From positions 587,385 to 651,384 of the forward strand of contig QQUY01000002.1 of assembly GCA_003385635.1 (NCBI GenBank): a stretch of DNA of 64,000 bases. The letters run 5' to 3'. The notes below the pieces were generated by a model. That model was not told the DNA's origin. It worked only from the letters and a program-made list of their open reading frames with translations, and made no database searches. Positions 55,452-63,592 of this stretch are shown here, in pieces. The stretch is from Acidobacteriota bacterium. GTDB lineage: Bacteria; Acidobacteriota; Blastocatellia; Pyrinomonadales; Pyrinomonadaceae. The position numbers were made by a program, and so were the translations under genes. The first letter of the stretch is position 1. Every line of letters starts with the position of its first letter.

Positions 55452-56912
55452 CTACGGCACCCTTTCCCTCGGATATCTCTGCGACATTCCCGGTTCTTTC
55501 ATCAGCGCTTCGATCGCGTCAATGTCCATAGGAACGAAATCCGAGACGATCTCGACGCTGTCTTCGTGGATGATTATCAGGTCCTCAAGCCTTATGTAGA
55601 TCATTTCTTCTGGAACGACGAGAGCGGGCTCGATCGTAAATACCATTCCCGCCTTGAGCGGTCCCTCAATTCTTCCTACGTCGTGCGTCGCCATTCCGAC
55701 CCAGTGGCCCAATGTGGTCCTTCGGCTTGCTCCCGCCTTGTACGAATTCACAAACCTCTCCGCAGCTTTTTTGTAGACCGGTTTTGAGAACGTCGCTTTG
55801 GCCAGGTGCCCTTCCATCTCGGCCGCCGCATTTAGTGCTATCTCGCTCGCAGTTTTTCCGGACTTGATGTTGTGGAGTATCGACCGGTAGCACGCGAGAT
55901 AGAACCCGTAGAGATCGCTCTGGTCGCGCGAGAACTTGCCGTTCACGGGCCATTGGCGCGTAACGTCGCTCATGTAGTAGCCATAGTCCGGCGCGTAATC
56001 CATCAAAAGGAAGTCGCCGTCCTTCATCGTCGCTTTTCCTTTGTGATAATGGGGAAAATAGGCGTTTTCGGCGGTGGCGATCAAAGAGTAATAGGCATCT
56101 CCCTGGCCTCCGTTACGGTAGAACACGTACTTAGCAACGGCATCGAGTTCGTACTCCTTCATCCCCGGCTCTGTCGATCTCATCGCCTCCATCAAAGCCA
56201 GACCCGACAATCGCGTGGCCTTTCTGATCAGCTTCATTTCTGCCGGGCTTTTGATAAGCCTCATCTGATCAAGGACCGGCGAAAGGTCCTTTATCTTCAG
56301 ATCCGGGATCCTCGAAGCGAGGAATTCCTTAAATCGAATATGGCGCGGAGTGGCTCCGTCCCAGGCGTCCGTCACGATGTCCATCTGAACCCTCAGGCCG
56401 AGGTCACGGCTTTCCGCTAATCCCTCGGGAGGACTAAAGGGGATGAACGCCACAGTGCCAGATCTTCGTGCACGGCGTGAAAGATGTTCGGCAAGAAGCT
56501 CTGAACCGTAAACCGAGTCGATCCCGCTCAATTCTTTTACGAGGTCATCGTCTTCTGCCGAAAGCATCTTGCCTTCACCCCTCTCTCTTCCCGCATTCCT
56601 GTGCGGAAGATAAAGCGTGGTCCTGCGCGATGCACCGTCAAGAACGAGATAAGCGTGCGGAACCTCGATCCCGGAAAGGTAATAGAATTCGTTCGACTGC
56701 CGAAAGCGCGTGTAACCGCGTGGACTTGGTTCCCCCTGTAGAATGGCGATCGCTTCTGAGCCGATCGCGTCGTAGACCTTGCTTCTTCGCGAACTGAATT
56801 CTTCAGGCGCAAAATCGCTTGTGAAATGAGGAATATTCTGCGCTGACGGAACAGCGGACAGAACCAGCAACAAAGCAAGCAGGATGCAGCCTTTCTTAAA
56901 TGAATTCATCAT
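55452..56912 (-). CDS. Xaa-Pro aminopeptidase (M24B family), secreted
   Basis: Signal peptide after MMNSFKK. Creatinase/prolidase N-domain-like first half. C-terminal pita-bread motifs (GDFLLMDYAPDYGYYMSDVTR, HWVGMATHDVG, FTIEP, RLEDLI). The track ORF starts further upstream at 56948. Confidence 0.85.
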   Translation of the reverse strand: MMNSFKKGCILLALLLVLSAVPSAQNIPHFTSDFAPEEFSSRRSKVYDAIGSEAIAILQGEPSPRGYTRFRQSNEFYYLSGIEVPHAYLVLDGASRRTTLYLPHRNAGRERGEGKMLSAEDDDLVKELSGIDSVYGSELLAEHLSRRARRSGTVAFIPFSPPEGLAESRDLGLRVQMDIVTDAWDGATPRHIRFKEFLASRIPDLKIKDLSPVLDQMRLIKSPAEMKLIRKATRLSGLALMEAMRSTEPGMKEYELDAVAKYVFYRNGGQGDAYYSLIATAENAYFPHYHKGKATMKDGDFLLMDYAPDYGYYMSDVTRQWPVNGKFSRDQSDLYGFYLACYRSILHNIKSGKTASEIALNAAAEMEGHLAKATFSKPVYKKAAERFVNSYKAGASRRTTLGHWVGMATHDVGRIEGPLKAGMVFTIEPALVVPEEMIYIRLEDLIIIHEDSVEIVSDFVPMDIDAIEALMKEPGMSQRYPRERVP

Positions 56913-57019
56913 TTGGCCTCTGGGGATCGTGACGATAGCTATTTGCAAGTCGTCTAGCGCGGTGCTTTACCCCGCATGGATCGTAAGAACTGCTCTAAAC
57001 GGTGGTTTTCCATCTTCCC

Positions 57020-57568
57020 TTATTCGACCTCTTCCAGCTTAGTGGTTTGGGCTTTCTTGTTTTGATCCAGATCTCGCGTAGTGCCCTCGGTAACGCTCGA
57101 AGGGACCACCTCACCAGTCTCGTAAACTTGCGCGACCTCGTCTTCTGCAAATACCGTCTGTTCTGGCGGCAGCGATCTCTTGTCTACAAGATCTTCTTTG
57201 CGGGGGTTTTCGGTTTCAGGCAGGTCGCCCTGCGCAGGTCCGATCTCGGCTCGCAGAAGATCTGCGACTGACCAGCCTACCATCAGCATTCCCGGGAGCA
57301 ACGCAAGCAGCCACCATTCGTTTCCCTTGAAAGGAATTCCGAGAAATACTGCGGCTATCAGCAGAAAAATCCCCCAAATGAACTTGTTTACACCGGAACG
57401 GTAGCGGGCGCTTCTGGTCTTCTTTCGAGGGAAAATTCCCTCGGTCCATTTTTGGAGATTCGACGCTCCGGTCAGGTCTTCATCCTCCACAAATCCGATT
57501 CTGCCGCCACAGCTTCGACAAAAGCTCCCGTCGTCTGGGTTCTCAGTTCCGCACTTCGCACAAAACAT
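57020..57568 (-). CDS. Zinc-ribbon / two-TM membrane protein (paralog B)
   Basis: MFCAKCGTENPDDGSFCRSCG ribbon, two TM helices, and a C-terminal conserved tail LPPEQTVFAEDE...PSSVTEGTTRDL. Confidence 0.7.
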   Translation of the reverse strand: MFCAKCGTENPDDGSFCRSCGGRIGFVEDEDLTGASNLQKWTEGIFPRKKTRSARYRSGVNKFIWGIFLLIAAVFLGIPFKGNEWWLLALLPGMLMVGWSVADLLRAEIGPAQGDLPETENPRKEDLVDKRSLPPEQTVFAEDEVAQVYETGEVVPSSVTEGTTRDLDQNKKAQTTKLEEVE

Positions 57569-57570
57569 CT

Positions 57571-58152
57571 CTAGTCGTCTTTCTCCAGCTTCGAAGTATC
57601 CACTTCGGAATCCATCTCGAGGTGGCGAGTGGTTCCTTCGGTTACACTTGGCGGCGCGAACTCGCCGGAACCCTCAGGCATTCTGAATTCGTCTTCAGCG
57701 AAGACGGACTGGTCTGGAGGAAGCGCGGCCCGGTCCTCGGTGTCGATCTGTTTTTCAGGCGGGCCTTCAGAGAAGGCAATCTGCCGCTTATCTTCCTTTT
57801 GCAGCCTGATCACCTGGGCGATACCAACTCCAAGGGCTCCGAAACCGGGGATCAGCATCCAGAACCACCAACCAAAGCCCATCGGCTGATAAGCAAGTAC
57901 TATAGAGATGATGATGAACGCGATTCCCGAGCCGATCGACCCCATTGCCGCTTCCCAACTCAGTTCTACGTCTTTCTTCTTTTTTTTCGCGTTTCTTTGG
58001 CCGCCTGTGAAATGAGGGGCCAGTTTGTCGTTAACCCAATTCTCAAGCACAAAATCGTCCCCATTCCCGATCACTTTCGGTAGAGTGGCTCCGCACTTGC
58101 GGCAATACTTGCCCGAATCCGGGTTCTTGGTACCGCATTTAGCACAATACAT
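57571..58152 (-). CDS. Zinc-ribbon / two-TM membrane protein (paralog A)
   Basis: MYCAKCGTKNPDSGKYCRKCG ribbon, two TM helices, and the tail LPPDQSVFAEDE...PPSVTEGTTRHL. Stop is 2 nt before the paralog B start. Confidence 0.7.
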   Translation of the reverse strand: MYCAKCGTKNPDSGKYCRKCGATLPKVIGNGDDFVLENWVNDKLAPHFTGGQRNAKKKKKDVELSWEAAMGSIGSGIAFIIISIVLAYQPMGFGWWFWMLIPGFGALGVGIAQVIRLQKEDKRQIAFSEGPPEKQIDTEDRAALPPDQSVFAEDEFRMPEGSGEFAPPSVTEGTTRHLEMDSEVDTSKLEKDD

Positions 58153-58301
58153 AGATTTAAACTCTCAGATGTGACCAGTACGTCGCGGGCGATCCGCCAG
58201 TTCGGCGAAGTCCGATATTATCAGATTGTATTGAGGAAGGAAGGTAGCCGGCGAACGGGAAGTAAGCTGATGCCTGATCAATGAAATCTGAACATTGATT
58301 A

Positions 58302-58378
58302 TGGTGCTCCCGGCAGGACTTCAACCTGCGGCCTTTCGCTCCGGAGGCGAACGCTCTATGCACCTGAGCTACGGGAGC
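58302..58378 (-). tRNA. tRNA-Arg (anticodon CCG), CCA encoded
   Basis: Hand fold: GCTCCCG TA GCTC AGGTGCATA GAGC G TTCGC CTCCGGA GCGAA AGGCC GCAGG TTGAAGT CCTGC CGGGAGC A CCA. All four stems are perfect. 77 nt. Confidence 0.88.
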
Positions 58379-58415
58379 ACATCAGGACTTTATTCTACTC
58401 TCAACCGCCGCGAAT

Positions 58416-60005
58416 TCAATCATCAGCCTTCAGCTTCCAGACCTGGATTCTTCTGTCCGCGACCTGATAGACCTTTCCGACCGGTTCATAATTCTGCTGA
58501 ACGAATCTAGCAAGCGGAGCAAGATGATCGCCGGACCTCCGTTGATCGTCGGGCCTGTTGTAATCGACGTCCCAGAGCATCAACCCTGGTCTACTCTTCT
58601 CGAGATCAGATACGACCTCGGCGACATGCTCAGGCCTTGTGTAATCCGTCTCCCAGATCTGTCCGTACCTGGTTGGGTTCCTTAGATGGAAAGGGAAATA
58701 AATGTACGGTTCGTATACCTCAAAGAATTCCTCGCCAGGCTCGGTGTTCTCAAGCACGTAGGTATATCGCTCGATCTGTTCGACTGGAAAGACCGCAAGC
58801 TTTCCCGAAGGCGACTGCCAGTAGACCATCTCCCAGTTAGTTTGCATGCGAATTCCCAGGTACAAGCTAAGGAGAAGCAGACCTGCCGCCGCGGCGGTGA
58901 CGAGCCATCGGTCGAACTGTTTCGCAAGAGTGATCCGCGATATGAGAAAACCGACAAGGATCAACGCAGGAGATGAGACCTGGAACAGCCTGAAGCTGTC
59001 AGGCGCAACGTTCGAATATGTCGTCGCGAACCCGATCAACGCGATCAAGACCACCTTCTTCCATTCGTTCCACTTGTCGCGCGAGATCCGGAAGAAGAAC
59101 GCCAAGGCAAACAGCGGATAAACGAGCGGTATCCCGAACGAGTAAACAAGGTGCATCACAAAAGCGAAAGCACCCGAAAGATTCGTAAAACTCGCCGCCC
59201 GCCCGAGCACAAGGAAGAAGACTTCGCTGTTGTTGTACTTCGAGAAGCCATACCAGTTCGACGGATAGACGAACGCTGATTCCCAGAAGAGCTCCGGACC
59301 TGCGGCAAAAACGAAGTATGCACAAAGCGCTGCAAGCGAAATGACGGCCGCCGCTCCAAGATAGAAGATGTCCTTTCCGATACCGAAAAACTCACGTTTT
59401 TCGACAATTCCCTCGATCAGTATGAAAAGCGCGATCGCGCATACGGCGAAGAACCCACGCTGCTGAGTGAAGAACGAAGTGATCCCGCAGAAAACCCCTG
59501 CAAGTATCAGGTTCAGGGGCTTCCGTGACCGGATAACGATCAAAGCCGCGAGAAGTATGAAAACCGGGCTGAACATCCTGTGCGAACCATCGATGCCGAA
59601 CCATCGGAACCCAAAGAACGCAAATAGAAGGGCGGGAAGGTATGCGAACGGGCCTTCGATGACTGACTTTGAGAGCCTTAAGGTCAGAAAGAGAATTGCT
59701 GTGGCTAAAGCGACGATCGTGGCGTTTATTATCCAGTGCTTTGCACCGAAGATCGAGAACATCACCGCGTAATAGAGCTGGCTTCCGGGAAATGTGAACT
59801 GGAAGAAATCCCTGTACATCGTGTCTCCCAGGTACATCCGCCAGCCTTCATAAGCAAATATCAGATGATCAGATTCCCAAAAGAACGGCGTAGCCGGAAG
59901 CTCGAAGACAAGCGAGTAGAAGAATGCCGCACCTGAGATCAGGATAAGATTCTCCAGACTCGCACTTCGAAGCAGACCAGATTTCTTGTCAGTCGTATCT
60001 TCCAT
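58416..60005 (-). CDS. Polytopic membrane protein, GT-C-type (ArnT/PMT-like) glycosyltransferase candidate
   Basis: 529 aa with at least 10 TM helices. The N-terminal loop WESDHLIFAYEGWRMYLGDTMYRDFFQFTFPG resembles the acidic first loop of GT-C enzymes. Soluble C-terminal domain. Family call tentative. Confidence 0.55.
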   Translation of the reverse strand: MEDTTDKKSGLLRSASLENLILISGAAFFYSLVFELPATPFFWESDHLIFAYEGWRMYLGDTMYRDFFQFTFPGSQLYYAVMFSIFGAKHWIINATIVALATAILFLTLRLSKSVIEGPFAYLPALLFAFFGFRWFGIDGSHRMFSPVFILLAALIVIRSRKPLNLILAGVFCGITSFFTQQRGFFAVCAIALFILIEGIVEKREFFGIGKDIFYLGAAAVISLAALCAYFVFAAGPELFWESAFVYPSNWYGFSKYNNSEVFFLVLGRAASFTNLSGAFAFVMHLVYSFGIPLVYPLFALAFFFRISRDKWNEWKKVVLIALIGFATTYSNVAPDSFRLFQVSSPALILVGFLISRITLAKQFDRWLVTAAAAGLLLLSLYLGIRMQTNWEMVYWQSPSGKLAVFPVEQIERYTYVLENTEPGEEFFEVYEPYIYFPFHLRNPTRYGQIWETDYTRPEHVAEVVSDLEKSRPGLMLWDVDYNRPDDQRRSGDHLAPLARFVQQNYEPVGKVYQVADRRIQVWKLKADD

Positions 60006-60187
60006 TGATCGAATTAGGGAAATACCTGGAAGGGTATAAGCTAATGTAGAACTCGCCGGCTTCCAAGTTCAGAAGGCCGCGCGGGTTCACGCAAATTACT
60101 CGAAGATTGCCGTCGGGTCGCCAAGATCCGTTTGTTGAAGCACTCAAGCAGACTTTTCTAATTCATCTGAGAAGGAGGTACGAACCG

Positions 60188-60598
60188 ATGATCCTTGTGA
60201 ATCTGCCAGGCATCAGAGGAGACTCGAAGATACCTGGTCATGTCGGTGAAATAGAGTTCGACACTTACAGATTTGGCAATCTTAACCGGGATCCTGACGC
60301 TGGGCGAAATTCGGTGCTCGCTTATGATCTGATTTTGACGAAACGAAAAGACTCAAGCTCGCCGAGGTTTATGGAGTTCTTCATGTCCGGCAAGCAAATC
60401 CCCAGAGGCGAAATGCTGGTCGTCAGCCGGATTCCAGGCACAGAGGCGAAGCAAAGTCTGCTATATGGAATGGAGGACTTGTTCATTTCCTACTATCTTC
60501 CGAAGGTCGTCCACGATCCATCGGGTTCGATCTACACAGAAGATATTGGCATCAACTTCAAGAAGGTTATGACTGCGATTTCGAGGTCAGGTATGTGA
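60188..60598 (+). CDS. hcp: Hcp-like (type VI secretion tube protein family) protein, orphan
   Basis: MILVNLPGIRGDSKIPGHVGEIEFDTYRFG aligns with the Hcp N-terminus (M..i.l.gikGes.d..H..EIev.s.swG). DLILTKRKDSSSPRFMEFFMSGKQIP aligns with DLsftK.iDksSP.L...c..Gk.ip. AGGAGG lies 9 nt upstream of the ATG. Confidence 0.7.
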   Translation: MILVNLPGIRGDSKIPGHVGEIEFDTYRFGNLNRDPDAGRNSVLAYDLILTKRKDSSSPRFMEFFMSGKQIPRGEMLVVSRIPGTEAKQSLLYGMEDLFISYYLPKVVHDPSGSIYTEDIGINFKKVMTAISRSGM

Positions 60599-60744
60599 GC
60601 CGGAAATGTATCTCAAGACGCTACGAGAACTTGTTACTTAAACTGTTGCACTCTAGCATCAAAAAATTTTCTTGCATGAGATTCCCATATGTGTACACTT
60701 CGCAATTCCGCCGGCCGATCTGGTAGCCTCGAGGATGAACCACA

Positions 60745-60772
60745 AAGAGGCTGCCTTCTCAGACAGCCTCTT
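60745..60772 (-). terminator. Hairpin after tRNA-Glu (minus strand reads AAGAGGCTG tctgagaagg CAGCCTCTT), conserved-loop family
   Basis: 9-bp stem and 10-nt loop, 14 nt downstream of the tRNA 3' end. Confidence 0.5.
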
Positions 60773-60785
60773 CCAACAACAGATC

Positions 60786-60860
60786 TGGTAGCGCATAGGG
60801 GAATTGAACCCCTGTTTCAAGGTTGAGAACCTTGCGTCCTAACCACTAGACGAATGCGCC
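60786..60860 (-). tRNA. tRNA-Glu (anticodon CTC), CCA encoded
   Basis: Hand fold: GGCGCAT TC GTCTAGTGGTTAGGAC G CAAGG TTCTCAA CCTTG AAAC AGGGG TTCAATT CCCCT ATGCGCT A CCA. 75 nt. The D-arm is typical of tRNA-Glu. G1-U72 wobble. Confidence 0.88.
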
Positions 60861-60988
60861 GTAAGGAAAAGTTACTATACACTCTCTTCAAAATTATTGC
60901 ATCATTCCAGCCCCACATTCACACTTGTTTGCAGACATTCGATTGATCATTTCGCAAGGGCTTTGAAGGTAGTCGGAGACATACACCT

Positions 60989-61507
60989 ATGATGGTTTAC
61001 GTGGTTGACCGGAGAGTTCCACGTCCGCCTCGTCCTTCAGGTTTAGGAGGACTCGTGCGCCACAATGACAACTTTGAACAGGGCTGGCGTCGTGTGATCG
61101 AGGAATTCCCCGGTCATGAAGACGCTCAAATGCTGTTCGTCGAGTCAGGTGAGCCGTTCCAGGCACTATCGAGGCGGATCAGCCAGACAGTTAGCAACCC
61201 TTGGAGTATCTGGATGCTGCGAATAATTTGCCACGGGGCTCCTGCATTTCTTCAGCTTGGCGCCGGGGTTGGCAGGCGCGAGGTTCGCCATTTTAGAAAC
61301 ATAAGACATTCGATGACTCCCTCTCATTTGAGGGGACGGGGGATCGAGATTCACGGCTGTAATGTCGCAGAAGGCACTCAGGGAAGAAGATTTGTTCAGC
61401 AGATCGCTACCGCTATCAACCTACCTGTAGTGGCCAGCCCCCACATCCAGCAGGCTGACAACATGTTTCGCTTTGAAGGAGGCGACTTGTTAAGGATTGA
61501 TCCGTAA
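60989..61507 (+). CDS. Stand-alone DUF4347-like domain protein
   Basis: LRIICHGAPAFLQLGAG and IEIHGCNVAEGTQGRRFVQQIATAINLPVVAS match the two signature blocks of DUF4347 (ivsHG.pG.l.LG / lyGCnvA.g..G..F...la...g..VaAS), as recalled from memory. Confidence 0.55.
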   Translation: MMVYVVDRRVPRPPRPSGLGGLVRHNDNFEQGWRRVIEEFPGHEDAQMLFVESGEPFQALSRRISQTVSNPWSIWMLRIICHGAPAFLQLGAGVGRREVRHFRNIRHSMTPSHLRGRGIEIHGCNVAEGTQGRRFVQQIATAINLPVVASPHIQQADNMFRFEGGDLLRIDP

Positions 61508-61897
61508 ACTCTCTAGACCGATCTTCGTTAAGACACCAATCGATTTGCGGGTCTCTCGATCCGTTTGGTTTCTGATACCGGAAGGTTCTCGATGATTCCA
61601 AACACCGTCATTTCCAGGTTGTTAGCGGCGGGTCCTTTGATGCGCGAATTCATCTATTCCCCTCCTCAACGTGTTTTCCTGTGAATAGCGTTTGCCTTGC
61701 TGCGCATCCGTGTTGTATTTTCACAGCTAATCACGGACATCTGGTCGCGCCCGCGATCCTTTTCGGCTAACGGTTCTGAAGAATTCTCCCTTCAAACCAT
61801 CTCAAAGACCACTTCCGTGGATCAGGCCGCCAGCGACGGGCGCCAGCTTTAACTGAATAAGTTTGCTAAAGGAGAGTGAAATCTAAGGAGTCATTCT

Positions 61898-63241
61898 ATG
61901 GAGAAACTCACCCTGGAAGGATTTATGTCGGGCCTCAAGAATAGGAATCCCGGCGAAGAAGAGTTCCATCAGGCTGTTGAAGAAGTTGCCCATTCCCTCG
62001 TTCCGTTCATTAATCAAAACAAAATTTACAGAGAAGCCGCGATCCTGGATAGGCTCACGGAACCGGACCGCATCATCATCTTCAGGATCAACTGGGAGGA
62101 CGATGAGGGCCGAATTCAAACAAACCGTGGATACAGGGTCCAGTGGAACAACTCTATCGGACCGTACAAAGGGGGACTAAGGTTTCACAGGAGCGTCAAA
62201 CAAAGCATTCTAAAATTCCTTGCGTTTGAACAGACCTTTAAAAACAGCCTTACGGGAATTCCTATGGGAGGCGGGAAAGGTGGCTCTGATTTTGATCCGA
62301 AGGGTAAATCGGACGCGGAGGTGATGAGATTCTGCCAGTCTATGATGACCGAACTGTACAAACACATCGGCCAGTTCACCGACGTTCCTGCGGGCGACAT
62401 CGGAGTGGGTTCGCGCGAGATCGGCTACCTCTACGGTCATTACAAACGGCTTTCGACACAGTTCACAGGCGTGATGACCGGCAAGGGAATGGCATACGGC
62501 GGAAGTGAGATAAGGCCCGAAGCAACCGGATACGGGTGCGTATATTTCATGCGCAACATGCTGAATCGGATCGGCGAAGGTATGTCGGGAAAGACCGCGA
62601 TCGTCTCAGGTTCGGGAAACGTCGCTCAATTCACATGCGAAAAGGCGACGGAGCTTGGCGCCAAAGTGGTGACACTTTCAGATTCGTCAGGAACCATCCA
62701 TGATCCCGAAGGCGTGACGGCCGAGAAGCTTGAATTCGTGAAAGAACTGAAGAACGAAAGAAGGGGAAGGATCAAAGAGTATGCCGACGAATTTGGTGTC
62801 GAGTTTTACGAGGGCAAGAAACCGTGGCACATCGCTGGTGATCTCGCATTTCCTTCCGCCACTGAGAACGAGATCGACAAGGATGACGCCAAGGCTCTTG
62901 TTTCCAATGGCTGCATGGCGGTCTCGGAGGGCGCAAACATGCCGACCACCAAAGGTGGAATAGAAGTTTTTCAGGAAGCGAAAATCCTTTACGGTCCTGG
63001 GAAGGCCGCCAATGCCGGCGGGGTAGCTGTCTCAGGTCTCGAGATGGCTCAGAACAGCGCCCGGCTCTCTTGGTCCAGGTCAGAGGTTGATCAGAGGCTT
63101 CAGACCATAATGAACGATATCCACTCGAAGTGCGTGGAGTTCGGCTGTATCGATAATGGACGGGTCGACTATGTTCAGGGGGCAAACATTGGCGGCTTTA
63201 TAAAAGTTGCCGACGCGATGCTCGCTTACGGGGTAGGATAA
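61898..63241 (+). CDS. gdhA: NADP-specific glutamate dehydrogenase
   Basis: GIPMGGGKGGSDFDPKGKSDAEVMRFCQSMMTELYKHIG catalytic Lys box, VSGSGNVAQF dinucleotide fold, 447 aa. Confidence 0.93.
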   Translation: MEKLTLEGFMSGLKNRNPGEEEFHQAVEEVAHSLVPFINQNKIYREAAILDRLTEPDRIIIFRINWEDDEGRIQTNRGYRVQWNNSIGPYKGGLRFHRSVKQSILKFLAFEQTFKNSLTGIPMGGGKGGSDFDPKGKSDAEVMRFCQSMMTELYKHIGQFTDVPAGDIGVGSREIGYLYGHYKRLSTQFTGVMTGKGMAYGGSEIRPEATGYGCVYFMRNMLNRIGEGMSGKTAIVSGSGNVAQFTCEKATELGAKVVTLSDSSGTIHDPEGVTAEKLEFVKELKNERRGRIKEYADEFGVEFYEGKKPWHIAGDLAFPSATENEIDKDDAKALVSNGCMAVSEGANMPTTKGGIEVFQEAKILYGPGKAANAGGVAVSGLEMAQNSARLSWSRSEVDQRLQTIMNDIHSKCVEFGCIDNGRVDYVQGANIGGFIKVADAMLAYGVG

Positions 63242-63244
63242 CGT

Positions 63245-63592
63245 TTACCGAGCGGGACTTGCTTCTTGAATCTCAATCTTGTGGGTCGAGTTTTCGAGCG
63301 CAGGAATTCGAACAGTTTTGTCTTTGTAACCGGATTTGCTAAATCTCAGTCTCAATGAGGTAGCAGCCCCGGTTACAGTGACGAAATTAAATCTGCCTGT
63401 TTCATCAGTGCGCTGTTCTGATTCCTTCCTGAAACCTCCCGCAATCTCGCTCTCCATCACAACCTCGACGCCCTCAACCGGTTTCCCCAGTCCGTCCAGG
63501 ACCTCGCCGCTGGCTATGGTCGCCGGATCTCCGCAGCCAGCAGTCGCCGTAAGAACGATCAATGCTCCGAAAACCATGGAAAGGATCCTCAT
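63245..63592 (-). CDS. Small lipoprotein with CarboxypepD_reg-like fold
   Basis: Lipobox LTATAGC. GEVLDGLGKPVEGVEVVMES...TDETGRFNF...SGYKDKTV pattern. The start overlaps the stop of the upstream HExxH gene (ATGA). Confidence 0.6.
   Translation of the reverse strand: MRILSMVFGALIVLTATAGCGDPATIASGEVLDGLGKPVEGVEVVMESEIAGGFRKESEQRTDETGRFNFVTVTGAATSLRLRFSKSGYKDKTVRIPALENSTHKIEIQEASPAR

Noticed and set aside
58157-58510. ORFs 58157-58363 (minus) and 58295-58510 (plus)
   Set aside because: Both overlap the well-folding tRNA-Arg(CCG) gene and the intergenic sequence around it. There are no coding signals.
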